DNA of 64,000 bases from an uncultured delta proteobacterium (GTDB lineage Bacteria; Myxococcota_A; Polyangia; Polyangiales; Polyangiaceae): positions 3,744,001 through 3,808,000 of the forward strand of contig CAWAIF010000003.1 in the NCBI GenBank assembly GCA_963782055.1, in the 5' to 3' direction. A model generated the notes under the pieces. That model searched no databases. It saw nothing but the letters and a program-made list of their open reading frames with translations, and had not been told where the DNA came from. The stretch's first letter is position 1, and each line of letters starts with the position of its first letter. Positions 51,201-59,999 of this stretch are shown one piece after another. The position numbers and the translations under genes were made by a program.

Positions 51201-52646
51201 ATGAGCCGCTTCCGCACCGGCGTTTCGTCGAGCTACGAGGCCGACGTCGAGAGCGCGCGCACGCCGGAGCTGGAGCCGTCGCGCGCGGGGCTGGTGCTGC
51301 TCTATGCGCCCAACTTCGAGCAGCTCTCCCCGGCGTATCCCTTCTTCTCCACCGAGGTGATCCTCGGGCGCGACGCCGCCTGCTCCATCTGCATCCCGGA
51401 GCAGGCCGTGAGCCGCCAGCACGCCCGCATCGTGCGCGAACGCGACCAATGGGTGCTCCACGACCTCTCCAGCCGCAACGGGACCATCGTGGGTGGGCGC
51501 TACGTGCGCGAGCACGTGCTCGGGGCGGGCGACGAGGTGCGCGTGGGCGACGCCATCTTCAAGTTCGTACCGGAGGGGGCCCACGCTTACGTGCCGTACC
51601 GCCTGGACGGCTCGACGCGCGGCGCGCGCCTCTCCGGCAAGCTGCCGGAGCTGGTGGGCGGCTGGCAGATCGACGCCATCGCCGCCGACATCGAGCGCAT
51701 CGCGACGACGGAGATCTCCTGCGTGGTGCTGGGCGAGACGGGCACCGGCAAGGAGGTGGTGGCGCGCGGCATCCACCGCGTCTCCGGTAGGCGCGGCTCG
51801 CTGCAGGCCATCAACTGCGCCGCCATCCCGCAGAACCTCCTGGAGAGCGAGCTCTTCGGCTACCGTCGCGGCGCCTTCTCCGGCGCCGACCGCGACAAGC
51901 CCGGCCTGGTGAAGCTCGCCGACAACGGCACCCTCTTTTTGGACGAGATCGGCGACATGCCGCTGGAGGCGCAGGCGAAGCTGCTGCGCGTGCTGCAGTC
52001 GAAGGAGGTCTTCCCCCTCGGCGGCACGACGGCCGAGCGCGTGGATATCCGGGTGGTGTGCGCGACGCACCGCAACCTGATCGAGCACGTGCGGGAGGAG
52101 AAGTTCCGTGGCGACCTCTTCGCGCGCCTCAACGAGCACACCGTTCGGCTGCCGCCGCTGCGCGACCGCAAGGAGGACGTGTACCTGCTCACCAAGGCCT
52201 TCGCCGCGCGCTTCGGCCGGCCGGACGTCGGCCTCACCTTCTCCTTCATGCTGGCGCTGGTGCACCACGACTGGCCCTTCAACGTGCGCGAGCTGGAGAG
52301 CTGCATCAAGCGCGGCCTCGCCCTCACCGGCGGCGCGCCGCTCGACGCCAAGCACCTGCCCGACGCCATCGCCGAGCGGATGAAATCCTACGGCGACAAG
52401 TCGAAGATGGGCCGCGCCCGCCCGCCTGCGCAGGAGGCGGAGGACGACGGACGCCCGACGCGGGAGCCCTCCCACGCGCCCGCCGTCCCGCATCCCCGCC
52501 GCGCGCCGACCGAGCCCGAGCTCCGCGCGCTGCTCGCGCTGCACAAGGGCAACGTCGCCGCCGTCGGCCGGGAGCTGGGAAAGCAGCGCATGCAGGTGCA
52601 CCGCTGGCTGAAGAAGTACGGCATCGACCTCGGCGAGTACCGCTAG
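51201..52646 (+). CDS. FHA-domain sigma54-dependent enhancer-binding protein
   Basis: FHA (LGR, VSRQHA, SRNGT); GETGTGKE, ESELFG, GAFSGA, FLDEIG, WPFNVREL; Fis-type HTH. Confidence 0.93.
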   Translation: MSRFRTGVSSSYEADVESARTPELEPSRAGLVLLYAPNFEQLSPAYPFFSTEVILGRDAACSICIPEQAVSRQHARIVRERDQWVLHDLSSRNGTIVGGRYVREHVLGAGDEVRVGDAIFKFVPEGAHAYVPYRLDGSTRGARLSGKLPELVGGWQIDAIAADIERIATTEISCVVLGETGTGKEVVARGIHRVSGRRGSLQAINCAAIPQNLLESELFGYRRGAFSGADRDKPGLVKLADNGTLFLDEIGDMPLEAQAKLLRVLQSKEVFPLGGTTAERVDIRVVCATHRNLIEHVREEKFRGDLFARLNEHTVRLPPLRDRKEDVYLLTKAFAARFGRPDVGLTFSFMLALVHHDWPFNVRELESCIKRGLALTGGAPLDAKHLPDAIAERMKSYGDKSKMGRARPPAQEAEDDGRPTREPSHAPAVPHPRRAPTEPELRALLALHKGNVAAVGRELGKQRMQVHRWLKKYGIDLGEYR

Positions 52647-52657
52647 GGTGCCCCCGC

Positions 52658-53329
52658 TCAGGGGTTGCTCAGCTCCGCCACCCCGGCGATCTGCAGCCCC
52701 GGGCCGTCCTCCGCCCGGCGCAGCAAGAGCACCAGCACGTCCCCGAAGAAGGGCTCCCCGGTCGCCTGCGACACCGGCGACGCCAGCGGCACGCGCACGA
52801 ACAGGTCTCCGGGGCGCATCTCCGATGGCCGCGCCGGATCGCTGGAGGGGCCGATGTCGTCGTATCCGTAGCGCTCCAGGCGATCCATCCGCGCCACGTC
52901 GGTCCCGGCGATGCGCCGCAGATCGTTGAAGCGGTTGATGCGCGCCTGCCACTCCTGCCGCAGGCCCCCGCGATTGAGCCGCCGCGTCGGGTCCAGGCTC
53001 ACCGCGTCGGGGCCGAGCAGCGCGAACAGCTCCTCGACGTTGCGGTCCTCGAAGCCGCGGACGTAGGCCCGCACCACGCCCTGCACCTCCTCGTCGGGCA
53101 CCGGCTGGCGCAGGGCGACCACGCCGCCGGTAGCCGCGCCGCGATCTGCGGGCGCGGGGAGCGCCGGCGCCGGCTCCAGCAGCACGCCGTCGGGCTTGCG
53201 CTTGGCGCTGGGCATCTCCAGGGCGGTCTGCAGGCCGCCGCCGGCGCACGCCACGGGCACGACCGCGCTCGCCGCCAGAGCAAGCAGCAGCGCCAGGCTA
53301 GAGCGTCTCGATCTTCGGGTCCTGGCCAC
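52658..53329 (-). CDS. Putative lipoprotein (possible NTF2-like domain)
   Basis: Arg-rich n-region, hydrophobic stretch, PVAC lipobox; VVRAYVRGFEDRNVEELFALL. Start overlaps the upstream gene end. Confidence 0.6.
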   Translation of the reverse strand: MARTRRSRRSSLALLLALAASAVVPVACAGGGLQTALEMPSAKRKPDGVLLEPAPALPAPADRGAATGGVVALRQPVPDEEVQGVVRAYVRGFEDRNVEELFALLGPDAVSLDPTRRLNRGGLRQEWQARINRFNDLRRIAGTDVARMDRLERYGYDDIGPSSDPARPSEMRPGDLFVRVPLASPVSQATGEPFFGDVLVLLLRRAEDGPGLQIAGVAELSNP

Positions 53330-54128
53330 GCGTGAGGGTGACGATCGCACGTTCGGGCACCACGTTCCAGCGGGCCGGGGGGGCGCTGCCGTCGAAGTCG
53401 CTGGCGAGCAGGACGAAATGGAGCTGGGCGAGCTCGGGGGTCTTGCGGCGGAGCTGCAGGTCTTCGCCGATGAGGAAATCGGCGTCGTGCTTGCCGGCGT
53501 AGACACGGTAGGCCATGCGACCGCGGCGGTGCAGGGCCACCACCGACTCCCCGTTGGAGACCATCAGGTTGACCTCCGCCGGGCCGCCGCCGACCTCCGC
53601 CGACATGCCGTCCACCACCGCCAGGCTGGAGCGCAGCGCATCGCGGACGAGGCCCTCGTCCACGGTGATGTCGTTCAGCCGGCCGGCGTCGTGCAGGAAG
53701 GAGAGGAATACGTGGAAGAGGATCTCGGCGTCCGTCTCCCCGCGGATGCCGGCGCGCAAGAACTCGGGCACGCTGGCGAGCATGCGCTCGCGCACCTGCT
53801 CGAAGGACGACACGGTGCCCGTCTGCGCGTAGAGCCACTGGCGGTAGCGGAAGGGGTGCGTGTTCTCGGTGCGGAGCGTGCCGACGGTGGCGTTGCGCAC
53901 GTGGCCGATGACCACGTCGGCGCGCACGTCGGCGGCGAGCTTGGCGACGTCCACCTCCTCGCGCTCGTCGATCGGGCGGCGCCGCATGAGCACCTCGCCG
54001 CCCTGGTAGAAGCCCAGACCCCAGCCCACGGGTGTCGTGCTGCGGACGCGCAGCGCATCGGACTCGGTGGCGAGCACGCGCGCCGTGAGATCCGAACGGT
54101 TGCCGAGGAGAGCGAAGAGTCGAGCCAT
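53298..54128 (-). CDS. Class II glutamine amidotransferase-fold protein (YafJ/EgtC-like), catalytic Cys replaced by Ala
   Basis: GWGLGFY, GHVRNATVG, ENTHPF, GETDAE; N-terminus MARLF instead of MCRLF; AGGAG SD. Confidence 0.85.
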   Translation of the reverse strand: MARLFALLGNRSDLTARVLATESDALRVRSTTPVGWGLGFYQGGEVLMRRRPIDEREEVDVAKLAADVRADVVIGHVRNATVGTLRTENTHPFRYRQWLYAQTGTVSSFEQVRERMLASVPEFLRAGIRGETDAEILFHVFLSFLHDAGRLNDITVDEGLVRDALRSSLAVVDGMSAEVGGGPAEVNLMVSNGESVVALHRRGRMAYRVYAGKHDADFLIGEDLQLRRKTPELAQLHFVLLASDFDGSAPPARWNVVPERAIVTLTRGQDPKIETL

Positions 54129-54305
54129 TCTTGTTCCTTCTCCTTAGAACTTACGCATCACACCCCGGCACGCGCCACAAATGTGACCAGAAAGGTGCGA
54201 CATCTGACGACGCGTGTGTGTGTCGTCGATCTGAGACACCGCCCCGTCACCGTCACTTTGCCCAAGCGTAGCGTCCTCTCGGCGCGGTGCGGCATGACGT
54301 GGATG

Positions 54306-54479
54306 TCATGGTCGCTCCCCACCTCGAGCGTGGGGGGGAGCGTCCTTGGTCGCCGCGCGCAGCACCTCGCGCGTGTGGTCGCGGAAGCGAGCGTCGAGCG
54401 CGTCGGCGAGGAGGCGCACGCCGAAGGGCGCAGCGGCCGCGAGCACGAGCGCGACGGCCCAGAGCGGGATGGTCGGCAC
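54306..54479 (-). CDS. Putative 57-aa single-pass membrane protein (below ORF-track cutoff)
   Basis: GTG start, MPTIPLWAVALVLAAAAPFGVRLLADALDARFRDHTREVLRAATKDAPPHARGGERP, GC3-rich codons. Confidence 0.4.
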   Translation of the reverse strand: MPTIPLWAVALVLAAAAPFGVRLLADALDARFRDHTREVLRAATKDAPPHARGGERP

Positions 54480-54521
54480 GCCGGCCCTTCTGCCACGGAC
54501 CGCCGTCCGCGTCCACGCCTG

Positions 54522-55298
54522 CTACTTCTTGTTCCTGGAGTCCGGCGGCACGATGAAGGGCACCACGTGCTCCTTGGCCTCGAAGCTCGCGCGGTACACC
54601 GCCGCGGCGTGCTGCGTGGCGAAGGGCCCCACGCGGACGCGGAACCAGGTGCCGCGGCCGACGACGTTCGCCTGAACCACGTACGCCTTGTGGCCGCGCG
54701 CCCGGAGCTGCGCGGCGAAGGCGTTCGCCTCCTGCTGGGTCCGGAAGGAGCTCACCTGGAGCTGGTAGCCACCCCGGTGGCCCTCCGGCGCGGCCGCGGC
54801 GGCCGCCTCGGTGATCTGGGCGGAGTCGGCGGCGGCCTTCGTCAGGTCGTCGCGCGGGCGCGTGACCACCGGCGTGGCCTGGAGCACGTCCTGGGCAGGG
54901 AGAGGCACCACCGGGAGCCGATCCGCCGGGGGCGGAGGCGCCGTCGGGGCGGCGGCGAGGTCCCCGGCGCCCTTGCCGCGCACCGCCGCCAGCGCGGTGG
55001 TGGGCGACTTGTCGTCGCTGAGGATGCCCGGGAAGGTGACGTCCTGCGTGGACAGCTCGGTGGCCTTGACCCCGGGCGCCGCGGCGGCGCCCTTGGCGTG
55101 CGCGGAGACGAGATCCCCCAGCGGGTCCACCTTCGGCGTCGCGTCGCTGGAGCGACGCCCCCCGAGCGCGGTCACCGCGAAGACGACGCAGGCGCCGCCC
55201 AGCACCACCAGCGCCACCGAGACGCCGCGCGGGATGCCGCGCGCCTCGTCCTGCTCCTGGATGCGCTCCAGGTTCCTCACCGATGCCTGATCCATCAT
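54522..55298 (-). CDS. SPOR-domain (FtsN-like) bitopic protein
   Basis: TM, Pro/Ala linker, YQLQVSSF...WFRVRVGPF; ATGA-coupled to argS. Confidence 0.88.
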   Translation of the reverse strand: MMDQASVRNLERIQEQDEARGIPRGVSVALVVLGGACVVFAVTALGGRRSSDATPKVDPLGDLVSAHAKGAAAAPGVKATELSTQDVTFPGILSDDKSPTTALAAVRGKGAGDLAAAPTAPPPPADRLPVVPLPAQDVLQATPVVTRPRDDLTKAAADSAQITEAAAAAAPEGHRGGYQLQVSSFRTQQEANAFAAQLRARGHKAYVVQANVVGRGTWFRVRVGPFATQHAAAVYRASFEAKEHVVPFIVPPDSRNKK

Positions 55299-57103
55299 GG
55301 TCCTTGCTCCATCGGGTCGTTGTCCGCGGCCTCGGCCGGGCGTTCCATGCGCTCCGGCGCCGAGATCCCCAGTAGCTCGAGCGACGAGGCGTAGACGACG
55401 CGCAGCGCCTCCACCCACGCCAGGCGCGCGCGCGTCTTGCCCATGTCCCACTTCGCCTCCCAGCCCGGCTGCGCGCGGGTGGACTCCGGCGGGAGGATGG
55501 GATCGCCCTTCATGCGGGTGAAGTAGCTCTGGAAGGCGCTGCCGAGCTCCTGCACGTAGAAGACCACACGGTGCGGCTCGCGCAGCGCGGCGGCGTTGGC
55601 CACGACGATGGGGAAGTCGCTCACCTTGGAGGCGAGGGCGAGCTCGTCGGGGTGCACCAGCGCCGACCACCCCTCCGGCGAGAGCGACGCGGGGGGCGTG
55701 ATGCCGATGCTCCGCGCCTTGGCGAGGATGGAGCAGAGCCGCGCGTGGCCGTACTGGACGTAGAAGACCGGGTTGTCCAGGCTCTTCTTTTTGGCGATCT
55801 CGATGTCGAAGTCGACGGGCTGCGTGGCGCTGCGCGAGAGGTAGAAGAAGCGCAGCGCGTCGCGGCCCGCGCCGTGGCGCCCGGCGGCGGCGTCGATCTC
55901 CTCGAGGATCTCCTCCGCGGTGACGACGTTGCCGGCGCGCTTGGAGCTCTTCACCGCCTCGCCCGCGCGGTAGATGTAGACGAGGTTGTAGAGCAGCGCC
56001 TCGAAGAGGTCGCTCTTCAGCCCGAGCGCCTCCAGCGCGTTGCGCATGCGCGCGACGTAGCCGTGGTGGTCGACGCCCAGCACGTTGATCAGGCGGTCGT
56101 AGCCGCGGCCGATCTTGTCGGCGTGGTAGGCGATGTCGCTGGCGAAGTAGGTGTAGGCGCCGTCGGACTTCTGCACGACGCGGTCCTTGTCGTCCGCCTC
56201 CGCGCCCTTGCCGACGAAGAAGAGGGCGCCGTCCTTGCGGACCAGGTAGCCGCCCGCCTCCAGCTGCCCGAGCGCCGTGGCGACCGCGCCCCAGCGATGG
56301 AGCGACTCCTCGCTGAACCAGACGTCGAAGCGGACGCCCAGGTCGGCGAGGGAGCTCTTGATGCCGCGGAGCATGTCGGAGCCGGGGATGCCGCGCAGCA
56401 TCCAGCCGATGCACGCGCGGGAGAGCGACGCGACGTCACCCTCCAGGGCGGCGGGGTCCACCTTCTTCAGCCAGTCGGCGAGCTCCAGCACGTAGCCGCC
56501 CTGGTAGCCACCCTCCGGGACCGGCTTGCCCTGCGACTGGGCGAGGACGCTCTCGGCGAAGAGGCGCACCTGGTTGCCGAAGTCGTTGATGTAGTACTCG
56601 CGCGTGACGCGGTGGCCGCAGGCTTCCAGCAGCGTCGCGACGGCGTCGCCGAAGATGGCGTTGCGCGCCGCCGCCACGGTGATGGGCCCGGTCGGGTTGG
56701 CGCTGACGAGCTCCAGGTTGACGCGCTCGCCCGTCGCCGCCGCCGCGCGGCCGTAGGCGCGCCCCTGCGAGAGCACCGTCTCCAGCTCGCGCTGCAGCAC
56801 GCTCGCGTGCAGGCGCAGGTTGACGAAGCCGGGGCCCGCCACCTCCGCGCCGGCGATGACGTCGTCGCCGGCCAGCGCCTTCGCCAGCGCCTCGGCGATG
56901 GCGCGCGGGGGCTTCCTCGCCGGCTTGGCGAGCACCATGGCGACGTTGGTGGCGTAGTCGCCGTGCTCCGCGCGCTTCGGACGCTCCACGGTCCACGCCG
57001 TCGCGGTCGAGAGGTCCGCCTCGCCCAGCGCACCCTCCGCGGCGAGCGCCTCGAGCTTGCGGGTCAAGCTCTTGCGCACCGATTCCACCACACTCATGGT
57101 CAT
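55295..57103 (-). CDS. argS: Arginine--tRNA ligase
   Basis: HGDYATN, AGPGFVN, SANPTGP, REYYINDFGNQ, YFASDIAYH, NPVFYVQYGHAR, LGISAPERM. Confidence 0.95.
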   Translation of the reverse strand: MTMSVVESVRKSLTRKLEALAAEGALGEADLSTATAWTVERPKRAEHGDYATNVAMVLAKPARKPPRAIAEALAKALAGDDVIAGAEVAGPGFVNLRLHASVLQRELETVLSQGRAYGRAAAATGERVNLELVSANPTGPITVAAARNAIFGDAVATLLEACGHRVTREYYINDFGNQVRLFAESVLAQSQGKPVPEGGYQGGYVLELADWLKKVDPAALEGDVASLSRACIGWMLRGIPGSDMLRGIKSSLADLGVRFDVWFSEESLHRWGAVATALGQLEAGGYLVRKDGALFFVGKGAEADDKDRVVQKSDGAYTYFASDIAYHADKIGRGYDRLINVLGVDHHGYVARMRNALEALGLKSDLFEALLYNLVYIYRAGEAVKSSKRAGNVVTAEEILEEIDAAAGRHGAGRDALRFFYLSRSATQPVDFDIEIAKKKSLDNPVFYVQYGHARLCSILAKARSIGITPPASLSPEGWSALVHPDELALASKVSDFPIVVANAAALREPHRVVFYVQELGSAFQSYFTRMKGDPILPPESTRAQPGWEAKWDMGKTRARLAWVEALRVVYASSLELLGISAPERMERPAEAADNDPMEQGP

Positions 57104-57146
57104 CCTCCGGTACCGCCGGGGACCTCGCCCGGCCAAGATTTCGTCG

Positions 57147-58433
57147 TCACGGCGCGGGCGCGAGGTCCAGGAGCTGGGCTGCCTTCCAGCGCGTCTCCTC
57201 CACCTCCTGCCAGGGATCACTGCCGGCCACGATGCCCCCGCCGGTGAAGTACTCGACCTCCCCGCCGCGGACGACGGCGGTGCGGATCGCCATGGTCAGA
57301 CACACGCCGCCGTCGCGCCCGACATAGCCCAGCGCGCCGGTGTAGAGGCCGCGGCGGTGCTCCTCCAGATCCGCAATGATCTCCATGGCTCGCACCTTGG
57401 GAGCTCCCGTGATGCTTCCGGCCGGGAGGAGGGCTCGCGCGGCGTCTTCGATGTCGCGCGTAACCTCCCGACGTCCCACGACTTCTGCGACGCGGCTGAG
57501 CACTCGGGCGCGGACCACGCGCGGCGCGCCGCGGACGCGCACCGACCCGGGCACGCACACGCGCCCCAGGTCGTTGCGGTGCAGATCGATCGCCATGGTG
57601 AGCTCGGCGCGCTCCTTCTCGCTCGCCTCCAGCTCGGCGACGAGGCCCTCGTCCTCGGCGGCGTGCGCGCCGCGCGGCCGCGTGCCCTTGATGGGGGCGG
57701 TGCGCAGCGTGGAGCCTCGCGCCTCCAGGCAGAGCTCGGGGCTGCAGCCGCAGACGGTGGTCTCACCCATGTCCAGATGGACGCCGTAGGGGGCCGGCGC
57801 CTCACCGAAGAGACGCGCGAAGAGATCCAGCGGGCTGCCCCGCAGGTGAAAGCGCAGCCGGCGGGCCAGGTTGACCTGGTAGATGTCCCCGCGCGCGATG
57901 TACTCCAGCGCGGCGCGGATGCGCGCGGCGTGGGAGGCCTCGTCGCCGGCCTCCGCGGCGCGCAGGCTGACCGGCGCGGCCTCGCGCGGGGGACGGCGCA
58001 GCGCGGCCAGGAGGCGCTCCGCCGCGCGGGCGTCGTCCGCCTCCACCACCACGTGCCCGGTGGCGTGGTCCACCCGGAGCACGGCGTCGTAGCGATGCCA
58101 GCGCGCCCCTGTGATCCAGGGGGCGGGACGCTCGTCCGGCCTGCGCCACGCGGGGCGCTCCAGACCCCGCAGCGTCTCGTAGGGCACGCCGCCCACCCAG
58201 CGCGGGGCGGCGGGCAGGCCGGCCCACCCGGGCGCGGGCGCGCCGGCGCGGGGGAGAAGATCGGTGGAGATCTCCACCGGATCGCACGCGACGAAGCTGG
58301 AGCGCGCGTCGTCGGGGTCGAGGGCGCCGCGCGGATCGCTCACCAGGAGCGCCAGGCCGGGCCGCCCGGCGAGGCGGCGCGCGAGGGCCCAGGGGTCCGC
58401 GGGGAGGCGGAGCTCTCGGACGACGTGCGGCAT
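57147..58433 (-). CDS. Chorismate-binding enzyme (aminodeoxychorismate synthase I / anthranilate synthase I family)
   Basis: GDIYQVNL, SPEL, PIKGTRPR, KERAEL, RNDLGRV, GSITGAPK, MAIRT, GGGIVAGS. Confidence 0.9.
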   Translation of the reverse strand: MPHVVRELRLPADPWALARRLAGRPGLALLVSDPRGALDPDDARSSFVACDPVEISTDLLPRAGAPAPGWAGLPAAPRWVGGVPYETLRGLERPAWRRPDERPAPWITGARWHRYDAVLRVDHATGHVVVEADDARAAERLLAALRRPPREAAPVSLRAAEAGDEASHAARIRAALEYIARGDIYQVNLARRLRFHLRGSPLDLFARLFGEAPAPYGVHLDMGETTVCGCSPELCLEARGSTLRTAPIKGTRPRGAHAAEDEGLVAELEASEKERAELTMAIDLHRNDLGRVCVPGSVRVRGAPRVVRARVLSRVAEVVGRREVTRDIEDAARALLPAGSITGAPKVRAMEIIADLEEHRRGLYTGALGYVGRDGGVCLTMAIRTAVVRGGEVEYFTGGGIVAGSDPWQEVEETRWKAAQLLDLAPAP

Positions 58434-58534
58434 CGCGTCCTCGTGTAGCCCACGCCGCACCGCGCGTCACCGGGCGGCGCACCCGCGTCCGGCCTCGGCG
58501 GGACGCACCTGCTGTGCTACCTGATCCGCACCCG

Positions 58535-59878
58535 ATGTCCGGCCCCCTCCAGACGCCGCGTAACGCCCTCGTGCTCGCGCTGGCGCTCGGGGCGTGCAGC
58601 GCGCCCACAGGCACCCTCGCCATCACCACCGGCGGCGAGAGCGACACCTTCTCCCGCGCCCCCGCCCCGACGAGCCTGCTGGTGGAGTCGGTGGACTCCG
58701 CCGGGACGCACACCACCCTCGCGCAGACGGCGCTGCCTGTCGGCACCCTCGACCTGGGCAGCCAGAGCGACGCCAACGTGCTGTCCTTCCAGGTCACCGG
58801 CAAGGACGACGCGGGCGACGTGCTGGTCTACGGCGCCACCCTCCCCGTCCAGCTCTCGGTGATCTCCAGCGCCGCGCTCCCGGTCTTCGTGCAGCGCGTG
58901 GGGGAGACCGCGCGCATGCCCGGCACCCTCTGCGACGCGCGCCCCGCGCCGCTCGTCGCCGCCGCCGGGCGCTCGCTCATCGTCGCGGGAGGGAAGGACG
59001 CCACCAGCCAGGAGCAGGTCTGCGGCTACGATCTCGCCATCCTGCAGAGCATCGGCAGCGTGCTGGGCATCGACCGCGCGCCGCGATCCATGGCCCTCGC
59101 GCCGGACGCCTCCAGCCCCGCGGCGCTGCTGGTGGACGATGCCGGGGCGACGGTGCTGGACCTGGCGCAGGGCACCCAGCAGGATCTCGACCCGCCGAAG
59201 GGCGGCACCTACGCCGACGTCTCCGGCGGCGCCACCATCGTGGGCGAGGACGGCGCGAGCTGGATCGTCGGCAGCACGCGCGACTCGGATGCCGCGTCGG
59301 CGCTGGTGCTGCACCTGGACCCGGCAGGGACCGCCTCCTTCGTGACGCTCTCGGCCCCGCGCGCGCGGGCCGCCGCGGCCTGGTCGCCAGGGCGCGGCCT
59401 GGTCGTGGTGGGCGGCAGCGATGCCGCGCCCGGCGGCGAGCTGGTCCCGACGGGCGGCACCGCCACCGTCGCGCTCCCCTACCCTCCCGACGCGACCACC
59501 GGCGCGGTCGCCACCTCCCTCGACAGCTCCACGGTGCTGCTCGTCGGCGGCCACGACACGCAGGGGGCGAGCGTCGCCCCGCGCACGCTGGACCTCGGGT
59601 GCTCCATCGACTGCAAGCCGAAGGCGTGGGGTCAGCCGCCGGCTGCGGCGATCACGGCGACCGGCCTGTTCACCGTCGCCCCGGGCGTCGCGGTGCTGGT
59701 CGGCGACGACCTCTCCGGCTCGACCCACGTCTTCCGGATGGACGCGAAGGCGACGACGGAGGTCCCGCTCAAGATCCCGCGCGCTCAGGCGCGCGCGCTG
59801 CTGCTGGCCACCGGCGCCCTGGCGATCGTCGGGGGCGGCAGCGACGTGATCGAGAGCTTCTATCCTGGGAGGATGTGA
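58535..59878 (+). CDS. Lipoprotein with Kelch-like repeats
   Basis: Lipobox LGAC; recurring LIVAGG, VVVGG, LLVGG and AIVGG blades. Confidence 0.65.
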   Translation: MSGPLQTPRNALVLALALGACSAPTGTLAITTGGESDTFSRAPAPTSLLVESVDSAGTHTTLAQTALPVGTLDLGSQSDANVLSFQVTGKDDAGDVLVYGATLPVQLSVISSAALPVFVQRVGETARMPGTLCDARPAPLVAAAGRSLIVAGGKDATSQEQVCGYDLAILQSIGSVLGIDRAPRSMALAPDASSPAALLVDDAGATVLDLAQGTQQDLDPPKGGTYADVSGGATIVGEDGASWIVGSTRDSDAASALVLHLDPAGTASFVTLSAPRARAAAAWSPGRGLVVVGGSDAAPGGELVPTGGTATVALPYPPDATTGAVATSLDSSTVLLVGGHDTQGASVAPRTLDLGCSIDCKPKAWGQPPAAAITATGLFTVAPGVAVLVGDDLSGSTHVFRMDAKATTEVPLKIPRAQARALLLATGALAIVGGGSDVIESFYPGRM

Positions 59879-59947
59879 ACTTCGTTCACATCCCTCTCGG
59901 TGACTGTCCTCGAAGGAGCGGCACGCGCCGCCCCTCACGCGGGCCCT

Positions 59948-59999
59948 CCGCTACGCGTCGGGCGTTTCGTGCCTCCTGCCCCGCTACGCGTCGGGCGTT
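59948..59999. repeat. 19-bp direct repeat, two copies at 33-bp period
   Basis: CCGCTACGCGTCGGGCGTT at 59948-59966 and 59981-59999. Confidence 0.85.

Noticed and set aside
59948..59999. Possible mini-CRISPR
   Set aside because: Only two 19-bp copies, a 14-bp spacer, overlap with a CDS end, and no cas genes.
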